Below, piece by piece: positions 9,458 to 17,624 of a stretch of 64,000 nt of DNA (positions within the stretch are counted from its first letter, which is position 1; each line of letters starts with the position of its first letter). The notes beneath the pieces were generated by a model. The model did no database searches, was not told the DNA's origin, and worked only from the letters and a program-made list of their open reading frames with translations. The translations under genes and the position numbers were made by a program. The DNA comes from Planctomycetota bacterium. GTDB taxonomy: Bacteria; Planctomycetota; Planctomycetia; Planctomycetales; Planctomycetaceae. The stretch covers positions 6,131 through 70,130 of the forward strand of contig JANPCU010000176.1 in assembly GCA_031431195.1 (NCBI GenBank), in the 5' to 3' direction.

Positions 9458-9523
9458 GGTTGATGGTTTATGGTTGATGGTTGATCGACCAGAAACCTCC
9501 CCTCCTTCGATAAACCATAAACC
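9458..9523. repeat. Heptamer tandem array (GGTTGAT/GGTTTAT)x4 plus complementary (ATAAACC)x2; potential stem-loop
   Basis: GGTTGAT 9458, GGTTTAT 9465, GGTTGAT 9472, GGTTGAT 9479; ATAAACC 9510 and 9517. GGTTTATGGTT (9465-9475) is complementary to AACCATAAACC (9513-9523). Confidence 0.85.
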
Positions 9524-9539
9524 TCTTGCCCCTCCCCCC

Positions 9540-11456
9540 ATGCTGTCCCGCACCTTCCCCTTCTGGCAAGCCAACCCTCTGCCCCGCTGGCAACGGCAGG
9601 CGGAGCGTATCCTCACGCAGCGGCGTACGCTCGAAGCCCTCAGTGCCGACGAGTTACAACAACGCATTCGCAATGCCGCGTGGCAAGCCAAGTCGGGCGT
9701 GCCATTGGCCCAGCTGTGCCCCGAGGTCTATCCACTGGCCATCGAAGCGACGCGGCGAGTCACCGGGAAGACGCACTACCCGGTGCAGGTCATGGGCGCG
9801 CTGGCGCTGTTCGAAGGTCACATCGCCGAGATGCAGACCGGTGAAGGGAAGACGCTCACGGCGGTGCTGCCCGTCACGCTGCGTGCGCTGGTCGGACGGG
9901 GTGTCCATGTCATCACCGCCAACGATTATTTGGCTCAACGCGATGCCGCAGAGCTGGGGGTGATCTACGAAGTCCTTGGTCTGACGACCGCCTGCGTCCA
10001 CCCGGAGCTAGAGGATCAAGATCGCCAAGCCGCCTACGCGTGCGACATCACCTACGGCACCGCCAGCGAGATGGGCTTCGACTTCCTCCGCGATCGATTG
10101 CGACAAGGGGCGAGTGCCGAGGAAGACCGCCCCTCCCGGCAGTTCTTCCAAGCCCACAGTCCGCGCGAACCGACCGTCCAGCGGGGTCACTATTTCGCGT
10201 TGATCGACGAGGCCGACAGCATCCTGATTGATGAGTCCCGCACCCCGCTGATCATCGGCCTCGAACAGGCTAGCCCCCCCGCCAAGGTCAGCTTGTATCG
10301 CTGGTGCATCCACATCGCGAGACAACTCCAGCTGCGAGTGGACTTCGAGTTCGATCCCCGGAAACGGCAGGCTCACCTGACCGAGCGCGGGTCGCGGAAC
10401 GTGGTCCTGCTGGCCAAGCCGGTCCTGATGGACACGATCGACATGGAGCAAATCTGTCACCATGTGGAGACCGCTCTGACGGCTCATCTGGCGTACGATC
10501 TCGACCGCGACTACGTGATTGCCGACGACGAGATCGTGATCGTCGATGAAAGCACCGGTCGCAAAATGGACGGACGCAAGTGGCAGGATGGCCTGCATCA
10601 GCTGGTCGAAGCCAAGGAACAAGTCCCGATCACCCCGCCCACGTGCAGTGCCGCCCGCATCACGATCCAGTCGTTCTATCGTCGCTACGAACATCTCGCG
10701 GGGATGACCGGCACGGCCATGCCCGCCCAGGCTGAGTTCCGACGCACCTACAAACTCCCGGTCAGCGTCATCCCCACCCACCGTCCCTGCATCCGCCAAG
10801 GCCACCCGCCGCGCGTGTTCGTCGATCAACAGTCGAAGCGACAGGCCATCGTTCTCTCAGTGCAGGAACTGATCGAGCAAGGCCGGTCGATCCTGATCGG
10901 CACCCCCTCGGTCGAAGCCTCCGAAGGCGTCGCCGCCGTACTCCTGCAACACGGCATCGAACACACGGTGTTGAATGCCCGGTTCCACGACATCGAAGCC
11001 GAGATCATCCAGCGGGCCGGAGTCCCCCGCGCGGTCACCATCGCCACCAACATGGCCGGACGCGGCACCGACATCCTATTGGACGAGGCCGTCCGCTACG
11101 CCGGGGGACTGCACGTCATCGCCACTGAAATGCACACTTCGAAACGCATCGACCGCCAACTCATCGGCCGCGCCGCCCGGCAAGGCGACCCCGGCACCTT
11201 CCAGTTCTTCCTCTCCCTCGAAGACGAACTGCTTCGCGTCCTGCCCCCATTGAAACGCCAACAACTCATCCAACAAGCCCGCCCCAACCCCCACGGCGAA
11301 CTCACCGCCCGCTCGCTCCAGACTTTCACCCGCACCCAACAACAACTCGAAACCCAACAAGTCCAACAACGCCGCCACCTCCTCGACTTCGAAACCGCAC
11401 AAACCAAAAAATACCGCCGCCTTGGCCTGGACCCCTACCTGGAACTCGCCGAGTGA
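9540..11456 (+). CDS. SecA-like ATPase (short paralogue of the preprotein translocase motor, 638 aa)
   Basis: SecA DEAD-motor signature AEMQTGEGKTLTAVLPVTLRALVGRGVHVITANDYLAQRDAAELG...ACDITYGTASEMGFDFLRDRL, then LIDEADSILIDESRTPLII, MTGTA and TNMAGRGTDI. The ORF-track start 9333 overlaps the upstream gene. ATG 9540 (residue 70, MLSRTFPF) follows the spacer. Confidence 0.85.
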   Translation: MLSRTFPFWQANPLPRWQRQAERILTQRRTLEALSADELQQRIRNAAWQAKSGVPLAQLCPEVYPLAIEATRRVTGKTHYPVQVMGALALFEGHIAEMQTGEGKTLTAVLPVTLRALVGRGVHVITANDYLAQRDAAELGVIYEVLGLTTACVHPELEDQDRQAAYACDITYGTASEMGFDFLRDRLRQGASAEEDRPSRQFFQAHSPREPTVQRGHYFALIDEADSILIDESRTPLIIGLEQASPPAKVSLYRWCIHIARQLQLRVDFEFDPRKRQAHLTERGSRNVVLLAKPVLMDTIDMEQICHHVETALTAHLAYDLDRDYVIADDEIVIVDESTGRKMDGRKWQDGLHQLVEAKEQVPITPPTCSAARITIQSFYRRYEHLAGMTGTAMPAQAEFRRTYKLPVSVIPTHRPCIRQGHPPRVFVDQQSKRQAIVLSVQELIEQGRSILIGTPSVEASEGVAAVLLQHGIEHTVLNARFHDIEAEIIQRAGVPRAVTIATNMAGRGTDILLDEAVRYAGGLHVIATEMHTSKRIDRQLIGRAARQGDPGTFQFFLSLEDELLRVLPPLKRQQLIQQARPNPHGELTARSLQTFTRTQQQLETQQVQQRRHLLDFETAQTKKYRRLGLDPYLELAE

Positions 11457-11698
11457 ACCGATATCGGTGCAAGAGGTGAACAAGCCGTACTTCTCTCGAA
11501 TCGTTCGATTCCAGCAAGAGAATGTCCCTCGACGTAGGGAAGTGAGCGGATAAGTCGATTCGCGTCTGGCATCCCCATCGGAGCGCGATTGCGGTCGGTG
11601 TCGTGGCCACAAGTGATGTCCCAGTCCTGTATGCCACTGGGGGCGGTTCTGCGGGCTCGGGCGGCAGGGGATGAGAGATGTTCTCTCCGTTCTTTGAG

Positions 11699-11771
11699 TT
11701 ATCCACAGACTGTTTTGATTTCGCGGGGGTGTTAAATACTTGTGTTATATAGAGTGTTACGCTGTGGATAA
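11699..11771. promoter_or_regulatory. oriV part 1: two inverted DnaA boxes flanking an AT-rich stretch
   Basis: TTATCCACA at 11699-11707 and TGTGGATAA at 11763-11771. AT-rich gttaaatacttgtgttatatagagtgttac lies between them (11731-11760). Confidence 0.65.
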
Positions 11772-11814
11772 CCCTTGGCAACTGCTTGAACTTGCGGGTG
11801 TTTTGGAAGTGGGC

Positions 11815-11987
11815 GGTGTGTAAACCATCGAAGATTGGTGTGTGAACCATCGAAAGACGGTGTGCAAACCATCGAAGTCTTTCGGTCATTGTTAGGGGCA
11901 AATGTGGGTGGTGGGTGAAGTATCGAAACGGGACGTTCGGTGTGTGAAATGTCGAAACTGCTTGACTTGGTGGGTGATCTATCGAAG
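11815..11987 (+). repeat. oriV part 2: six direct iterons, consensus GGTGKGTRAAnnATCGAAR
   Basis: Copies start at 11815, 11837 and 11859 (exact 22-bp phasing) and at 11910, 11939 and 11969 (29-30 bp). They end 10 bp before the repA ATG 11998. Confidence 0.8.
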
Positions 11988-11997
11988 TATCGGCGGC

Positions 11998-13065
11998 ATG
12001 GAATTGGAATCGACAGTATCGAGTGACCGCTCCCCTCTCCTGCCCGATCGGCGGGAGGCGGACTTCTTTGTCTGTGATCTGATGGATGCGACTCCGAAAG
12101 GAGACATGGCGTCGATGGAGCATCCGATCTTTTCGCTGTCGACGAAGCCGGATCATCGCGTGCGTCGGTATGAGCATGGGGCGGTGTTTGTCGAGGTCAA
12201 ACCCTCTTCGGATGGCCTCGCGACGGTGCATGATCGCGATATTCTCATTTACTGCATCAGCCAGTTGATGGCAGCCATGAATGCGAAGCAACCGGTGACT
12301 TCGGTGCTGCGATTCACCGCTCATGATTTACTGAAAGCCACGAACCGGATGACGAATGGTCAGGGGTATGAAGCTCTCAAGGCGGCTTTGGAGCGGCTGT
12401 CGGGGACGCGAATCAGCACGAACATCACAACCGGTGGTCAAGAGGTGTTCGAAACGTTCGGTCTGATCGAGCGTGCGAAGATCGTCCGTGAGACGCGCGA
12501 GGGGCGAATGCAGGAGATCGAGGTCAAGCTCTCCGACTGGGTGTTCAACGCGATTCAACATCAAGAGGTGCTGACGCTGCACCGGGATTATTTCCGGCTG
12601 CGGAAACCGCTCGAACGGCGGATGTACGAACTTGCTCGCAAACACTGCGGACACCAAGGGGAATGGAAGATCTCGCTACTGGTTCTTCAGAAGAAGTGCG
12701 GGTCGGCGTCGACCGAGAAGGAGTTTCGAAGACTCGTCACGAAAATTGTGCAAGAGGACCAGCGGCATCAGCATATGCCCGACTATTCGGTGATGCTCGA
12801 TGACAGCGACATCATCACGTTCCGCAGCCGGGGCACCGTTTCCAGTGCCGAACAGGCAGCCACGCTCCCTGTCAGAGTTGGCCAGCTCGATCCTGAGTCC
12901 TACGCGATTGCCCGACAAATCGCTCCGGCCTGGGATGTGTATTACCTCGAACGGGAATGGCGGGAGTGGATGACCGAGGCACCGCGCGACCCGGACGCCG
13001 CGTTTATTGGGTTCTGCAAGAAATGGATCGCCCGCAGGGAGTCGGGCGACGGGCTGACGTTTTGA
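11998..13065 (+). CDS. repA: Plasmid replication initiator protein (RepA, 'replication initiator protein A' type)
   Basis: DFFVCDLMDATPKGDMASMEHPIFSLSTKPDHRVRRYEHGAVFVEVKPSSDGLATVHDRDILIYCISQL is the typical N-terminus of this initiator family. The track ORF starts at 11902, but that extension is made of the iterons, so ATG 11998 (residue 33) is preferred. Confidence 0.85.
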   Translation: MELESTVSSDRSPLLPDRREADFFVCDLMDATPKGDMASMEHPIFSLSTKPDHRVRRYEHGAVFVEVKPSSDGLATVHDRDILIYCISQLMAAMNAKQPVTSVLRFTAHDLLKATNRMTNGQGYEALKAALERLSGTRISTNITTGGQEVFETFGLIERAKIVRETREGRMQEIEVKLSDWVFNAIQHQEVLTLHRDYFRLRKPLERRMYELARKHCGHQGEWKISLLVLQKKCGSASTEKEFRRLVTKIVQEDQRHQHMPDYSVMLDDSDIITFRSRGTVSSAEQAATLPVRVGQLDPESYAIARQIAPAWDVYYLEREWREWMTEAPRDPDAAFIGFCKKWIARRESGDGLTF

Positions 13066-13206
13066 AGGAGGGGTGAGAGAGGAGAGAGGAGTGACGAGAG
13101 CGAAGAGCCAGCGGGGCTGAGCGGCGCTACTCCGTCAATCATGTCAGATACCCATGTCGTTTGAGCCACGGCTTGTTGTGTTCCGAGAGAACTGGAAACC
13201 GCAAGC

Positions 13207-15018
13207 TCAACGTACGGATGCCTGTGCCGAAGACTCCACAATCTTCTTGAACATTTTGAGATACGGAGACTCTTTCGGAAGCACAGGGTCCAATTCTTCT
13301 CCGTCAACCACCTTCTTAAGCATCAAAATACCAGCATCGATCAGTTCGATTTTCCCCAATGCCTTTCCTACTAATCGGGAGCGCATTCCTTGAAATCCAA
13401 GCGTCACTCTCGCACTCTCCTTGCCACCCTTTCGTTCCACAACGCTCAATATCTTGCTCACTTCCTCATCGGCCTTGACGAGTTTTGCATAAAGCTCACT
13501 CGCGTCTGAGGACTGTGCGTTTAACAGCAACTTGTGGCATCTGATGCTGGCAAGGGAGTTCCTCACTTCCAATTCGCACTTCAGGGAAGCGATGGACTCC
13601 GGGACATCTTTTCCGATGTTCACATTCCCTCGTACATTTTCAAAGATGGACAACAGCTCATCTTCGTGATCGCCGTATTTCACGTGCATGGCAGGACTTT
13701 GACTGAGAAGCTGCATTGATTCCTTGATACAGACCAGAAGTTCCATGGTGACAACGATACGATCAGCTTCAGAGAGCCTGGCGAGTTGGTTAAGTTTTGT
13801 GAATTTTGTCTCCAGCAGCCGATAGTCCTCCATCGGCACCACTTCGTCGTAGACGGACTGCCGCGCTGACAGGGCTTCAATTAGGAACCTGTACCGTCGA
13901 TAACTCTCCAGCTTTTGAACGCGTAATCTTCCACGATCAATTGCCGCTGTGACCTGCGTTTTCATTCCCGACAGAGGCGGTAGCGCGGAATCACTTCCAG
14001 AGAGTTTGAGACTCAATGCACCATTCACGATGGCATAATCGTCTTGGATTCGGGCATCACCGAACACAACTGGAGCAATTTCGAGACCTTGGCATTCTTG
14101 AAAGACGATTGCAGCTTCTTTGAATTCTTTCTGCTGAAAATGGAACACCCCTACCAAGTAAGCAACCGTCGAATTGGCAGGATAGCTGCGACGAAGTGAA
14201 GTGAGAGTCTTTTTGCACTTCTCAAGTTGACCTTGGTGCATGTACGCCTTGGCCAGCACGATTTGCGACATAGGCCACAGGCGTTGGTTCTGGGTCGACA
14301 CTTGGGACAGTTCAGCTTCAGCCAACTGACTTTCTCCTGTGAGATCAAGAGCAATCCCAGACAGGTAGTGGAGTCGGTCGACTAGAACCACCGGTGGATT
14401 GTCGATTGTGGAAAGGCGAGTCTTCATCTCTTCCAGCTGAGCCAAGATGGCAACAACTTCTCGATATCTGGACTGAACCTTCGCGGCAGCGAGTAGGTCT
14501 TCTGGTGCTTGCGGACCTCCCTCCAGAACTGGTCGAAAATCACTGTCCTGCGAAAACGGTTCAAGCTCATTGGTGAGACGCTCAGTATCAGCTTCAATGG
14601 GCTCAATGACTTTGGATCGTCGTACCTCTTCCAATTGATCAATAAAGGCCATTCCCTGAAACAGCCCCCAGTAGGTCATGAATGCCGTGAGGAAGAAGAT
14701 CACTGCTCGCCCGGCCACTGAGATTCGAACTGTTGACAACAGGCTTTCAGTTTGAATGGACACCCGATCAATATCAGGATTGGTGATCGGTGTTTTGAGC
14801 GTTTCGGTCATCGGGTCTGCGGGTTTGATCGCGATCGTGACGACAATCGCCATCGAGATCGCCACAATCGTCAACACGATTGAGCGCGGGTCTCCGTTGA
14901 GGGGATTTGCCTTGAGGATGAAGACTGTTGCAACGACCGTGAACAGCATGAGAACAAATGCGGCAACCACGATGAACAGACGATTCCCAAACTGGGAATC
15001 AGAAGGCTTGCCTACCAT
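13207..15018 (-). CDS. Membrane-anchored protein (about 3 N-terminal TM helices) with a helical TPR-like cytoplasmic region; function unknown
   Basis: 603-aa ORF in an AT-richer islet. TM segments LFIVVAAFVLMLFTVVATVFIL, IVLTIVAISMAIVVTIAI and AVIFFLTAFMTYWGLF. TPR-like LAKAYMHQGQLEKCKKTLTSLRRSYPANSTVAYLVGVFHFQQKEFKEAAIVFQE. Confidence 0.7.
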   Translation of the reverse strand: MVGKPSDSQFGNRLFIVVAAFVLMLFTVVATVFILKANPLNGDPRSIVLTIVAISMAIVVTIAIKPADPMTETLKTPITNPDIDRVSIQTESLLSTVRISVAGRAVIFFLTAFMTYWGLFQGMAFIDQLEEVRRSKVIEPIEADTERLTNELEPFSQDSDFRPVLEGGPQAPEDLLAAAKVQSRYREVVAILAQLEEMKTRLSTIDNPPVVLVDRLHYLSGIALDLTGESQLAEAELSQVSTQNQRLWPMSQIVLAKAYMHQGQLEKCKKTLTSLRRSYPANSTVAYLVGVFHFQQKEFKEAAIVFQECQGLEIAPVVFGDARIQDDYAIVNGALSLKLSGSDSALPPLSGMKTQVTAAIDRGRLRVQKLESYRRYRFLIEALSARQSVYDEVVPMEDYRLLETKFTKLNQLARLSEADRIVVTMELLVCIKESMQLLSQSPAMHVKYGDHEDELLSIFENVRGNVNIGKDVPESIASLKCELEVRNSLASIRCHKLLLNAQSSDASELYAKLVKADEEVSKILSVVERKGGKESARVTLGFQGMRSRLVGKALGKIELIDAGILMLKKVVDGEELDPVLPKESPYLKMFKKIVESSAQASVR

Positions 15019-15164
15019 GCTTGAGACTCCTCTGCGAAATTGGCCCGCAGTTTGGATTCAGAGCGAAGGGGTGACGGCACACGTACTCCCTCAAATCGTA
15101 CGTGCATCAGGCTTCAGTGGTGAGGCAGGTTTCGACGGATTTTTCCAAAATGTAGCAAGTTCAG

Positions 15165-15632
15165 TCACCTTTCCGCAGATCGCCCAGTTCGCTCATTTGC
15201 CGTTCGGTTTTGCCAAGAATCGATTGAGGATTCTCCAACCAATTGAATTGAAAACGGCGGTGTGAGCATGGCCGTGCGTCGACGAGGAACCCCAAGTGGA
15301 TGGAAATTGATACGACCAGAATCCGAATCCCGGCACCGATTGAAACACAAGAACGAGGGCTTTTGAGTGCTGTCGCACACGAAGTACAGGTGAGTTTTCT
15401 TGAGGAACTCGTTGGCCCATTTCACAAGACTCTGCTTGTCGTCCGAGGAATCGGAGAATCTCCGTTCAAACTCTTCTGTGATTGGTTGGCTCAGGGTTTT
15501 TACGATGTGGTTGTCGACTGCATACCGTAATCTCCGCTGCCATTCAATCAATTGCTCGATGTTTGAAGTCTCAGGTGGAGTCAGCTCTCTCACCACTGCA
15601 TCAGCCAGATCATGTTGGGGAGTTTGTGTCAC
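15165..15632 (-). CDS. Hypothetical protein (155 aa)
   Basis: Coherent ORF in the same AT-richer islet, same strand, upstream of 13207..15018. No motif recognised. Confidence 0.55.
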   Translation of the reverse strand: MTQTPQHDLADAVVRELTPPETSNIEQLIEWQRRLRYAVDNHIVKTLSQPITEEFERRFSDSSDDKQSLVKWANEFLKKTHLYFVCDSTQKPSFLCFNRCRDSDSGRINFHPLGVPRRRTAMLTPPFSIQLVGESSIDSWQNRTANERTGRSAER

Positions 15633-15699
15633 ACTGATTTGCTTCCTAGACCGGCTGTTTGAGCTTCCTCTTCGGCTTCGATCAGCATCTTGTTGCGTT

Positions 15700-15987
15700 T
15701 CATGGCAAATACCCGTGTTGTTTCAGCCACGGCTCGATGGCCTCTTCGAGGAACTCTTGCAAGGTGTTCGGTTCGATCCCTTTGAGCTGGCGTTCGAGTG
15801 AGGCTCGTTTGAGAGCAGTGGCGAAGTCGGAACGGATGCGGGTGGTGAGGGGTGAGCGGGTTTGTTGTGGCGTCGGGGCGGGAGTCTCGGCAGTGGGTTG
15901 AGGCTTGGGTTGAAACACGAAGCTCTTCTCGACGGAAGGATCGACGGGCGGCTTCAGTCCTTCGACGAGTGGGCGGCGGTTCTTCAT
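15700..15987 (-). CDS. Small partition-partner/centromere-binding candidate (95 aa, C-terminal RHH-like)
   Basis: ATG 15987 overlaps the parA stop in an ATGA. MKNRRPLVEGLKPP...TRIRSDFATALKRASLERQLKGIEPNTLQEFLEEAIEPWLKQHGYLP. It is the in-frame inner part of track ORF 15700..16359. Confidence 0.6.
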   Translation of the reverse strand: MKNRRPLVEGLKPPVDPSVEKSFVFQPKPQPTAETPAPTPQQTRSPLTTRIRSDFATALKRASLERQLKGIEPNTLQEFLEEAIEPWLKQHGYLP

Positions 15988-16670
15988 TGGTCCCTCCCCT
16001 TCTTCTTCGGCTTGGTCTTCCGTGACGTGAGCCTGGCTTTGCAGGCTTGTGGCAGGATTTCGCGAAACAGCTGTTCGACTTCGACGGCGGCATCGCTCGC
16101 TCGTGATCCCATGTTCCAGACGACTTCGCCTTGGCCGGGGGCGTCGGCGTAGATCTGGCGGAGAATCATGGCGGCGGTAGCGAGCGGCAGATTGAGAGCT
16201 GCCGCAGCGTCTTTCATATCTTTGGTGAGGCGATAGTTTTTGCCGACCATGCTGAGGACGATGATCGCTTGGGGCTGACCAGCACGGATGTCTTGGGCTT
16301 GGCGGAGAACGTCGGTGGCTTTGGCGAGCGCCCTCACCTCTAACATGCTGGCCTTGCAAGGCACGATTGCCATGTCGGCACGGAGCAGCAAGGCACGGCT
16401 AGTTTCGGTTTGGCTGCCGGGGCCGTCGGCGACCACGTAGTCGGCCTCCTGGGCCAGAATCGGCAACTCGTTCAGGATGATGTCTGGGTTATCGAGGCGA
16501 ACGGCCTTCACGCCCGGTGCCGCTTCTCGAATCCACTCGGATGAGGACTGCTGGGTATCGCAGTCGGCGAGCGTCACGCTGTGGCCCTGTTGGTGGAGCC
16601 AGGCGGCGAGGTGAACGGCCAGTGTCGACTTCCCGACACCGCCTTTGGAGTTTGCTACGACAATAATCAT
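15984..16670 (-). CDS. parA: ParA-family partition ATPase (small, deviant Walker A)
   Basis: MIIVVANSKGGVGKSTLAVHLAAWL (KGGxGKS/T deviant Walker A) and DYVVADGPG. Confidence 0.9.
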   Translation of the reverse strand: MIIVVANSKGGVGKSTLAVHLAAWLHQQGHSVTLADCDTQQSSSEWIREAAPGVKAVRLDNPDIILNELPILAQEADYVVADGPGSQTETSRALLLRADMAIVPCKASMLEVRALAKATDVLRQAQDIRAGQPQAIIVLSMVGKNYRLTKDMKDAAAALNLPLATAAMILRQIYADAPGQGEVVWNMGSRASDAAVEVEQLFREILPQACKARLTSRKTKPKKKGRDQ

Positions 16671-16689
16671 GCAGCCTGTTTACCTGCCT

Positions 16690-16950
16690 TTGGGCTGGTT
16701 GGCAAGCACTATTTCATGTTGTCTTGCTGGCAGGCTTCACGAATGGCGTGACGGGTTGCTGGCTAGCTGTCATGCCATCTTGTTATTGAGCCAGCGACAC
16801 AGGGAGCAAGCCATCAAGCGTGCCGTCCACACGACAAGACAGCAAGCCAGCCCGCATTCATTCCGTCTTGCCGTAAGGCTGGCAGGACAGCCCGCCAGCA
16901 TGATGACTGACTGACGTGCCATATGGCTGGCTGGTCGGCTGGCCTGCCGA
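16690..16950. repeat. Dense GCTGGC/GCCAGC (TTGCTGGCAGGC-like) repeats upstream of parA: candidate centromere/operator
   Basis: gggctggttggcaagc 16691-16706; ttgctggcaggc 16725-16736; ttgctggctagc 16757-16768; gagccagcg 16788-16796; agcaagccagcc 16841-16852; ggctggcagg 16877-16886; gccagc 16894-16899; ggctggctggtcggctggcc 16925-16944. Confidence 0.4.
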
Positions 16951-17238
16951 CTTTCCCGGTGAAAGTCGTCCTAAGCAACGCTTAGGGGAGATGTCTGACA
17001 AATTCATACACGCCGGCAGGTGCAAACACGGGTACGCGCGTTCACATAGTTTTCGGGGATTGGCAAGGGTGTTTTTCGGGGTTCCAGGAGTGGGCCGAAA
17101 GGCTCGATTGGACTGCTTCGGGAACGGCAGGTCGGGGCTGGACGCTGGCTTTCCGGAGTGCGACGCGGGAGAGACGCTCCATGACTCGGCAGGCTGACGC
17201 CGTGCCGCTCTCAGGTGGGGCGTGGTTCGCAGTCAGGA

Positions 17239-17409
17239 TTACGGCGAGCGGTGCTTCTCGGCGAGGGCTTGCTCGAAGAGTTCGAACGCACGGCGGCGGG
17301 TGGCCTCGCTGTCGGGCGGGCCACCACAGAGGGCTGCCTGTTCCAGGTAGGCAGTCAGAGCGGCAGCATGGAACGGGCAATCAAGTGGATCGAACTCGGG
17401 AGCGTTCAT
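17239..17409 (-). CDS. Small hypothetical protein (56 aa)
   Basis: Below the track size cutoff. Hand translation: MNAPEFDPLDCPFHAAALTAYLEQAALCGGPPDSEATRRRAFELFEQALAEKHRSP*. The ATG overlaps the stop of 17406..17615 as ATGA. Confidence 0.35.
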   Translation of the reverse strand: MNAPEFDPLDCPFHAAALTAYLEQAALCGGPPDSEATRRRAFELFEQALAEKHRSP

Positions 17410-17615
17410 GACTCTGGCTCTCGATTGTCGGTGGTGGTACGGGCGTGGGGCATGCCTTCACGTAGCCCAGCTTGGAAGGCTCGGTCAAGTGCCTTTTGCA
17501 CAGCCCCGACATACACATCGTGGAAGTCGAGGCTGTCGAGGCCACGGACCGTGAGGGTCTCGATGCTGAGTTCCTCGGCAGCGATCAGCGCGAAGAGAGT
17601 CGAATGTTTTGTCAT
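17406..17615 (-). CDS. Small hypothetical protein (69 aa)
   Basis: ORF 10 bp downstream of the methyltransferase gene on the same strand. Protein-like composition. Confidence 0.5.
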   Translation of the reverse strand: MTKHSTLFALIAAEELSIETLTVRGLDSLDFHDVYVGAVQKALDRAFQAGLREGMPHARTTTDNREPES

Positions 17616-17624
17616 GGCGACCTC

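Noticed and set aside
7167-9523. Short tandem repeats checked as a possible CRISPR array
   Set aside because: These are 7-bp units without spacers. No 25-40 bp repeat/spacer periodicity occurs anywhere in the window, and there are no cas genes.
9333-9539. N-terminal 69-codon extension of the SecA-like ORF
   Set aside because: It overlaps the end of the upstream gene and then consists of the heptamer-repeat spacer. The SecA homology begins after ATG 9540.
13064-13107. About 44-nt polypurine tract (GAAGGAGGGGTGAGAGAGGAGAGAGGAGTGACGAGAGCGAAGAG) after repA
   Set aside because: It is real in the sequence but has no partner motif or structure that I could tie to a function. It is noted only as compositional oddity in a convergent intergenic region.
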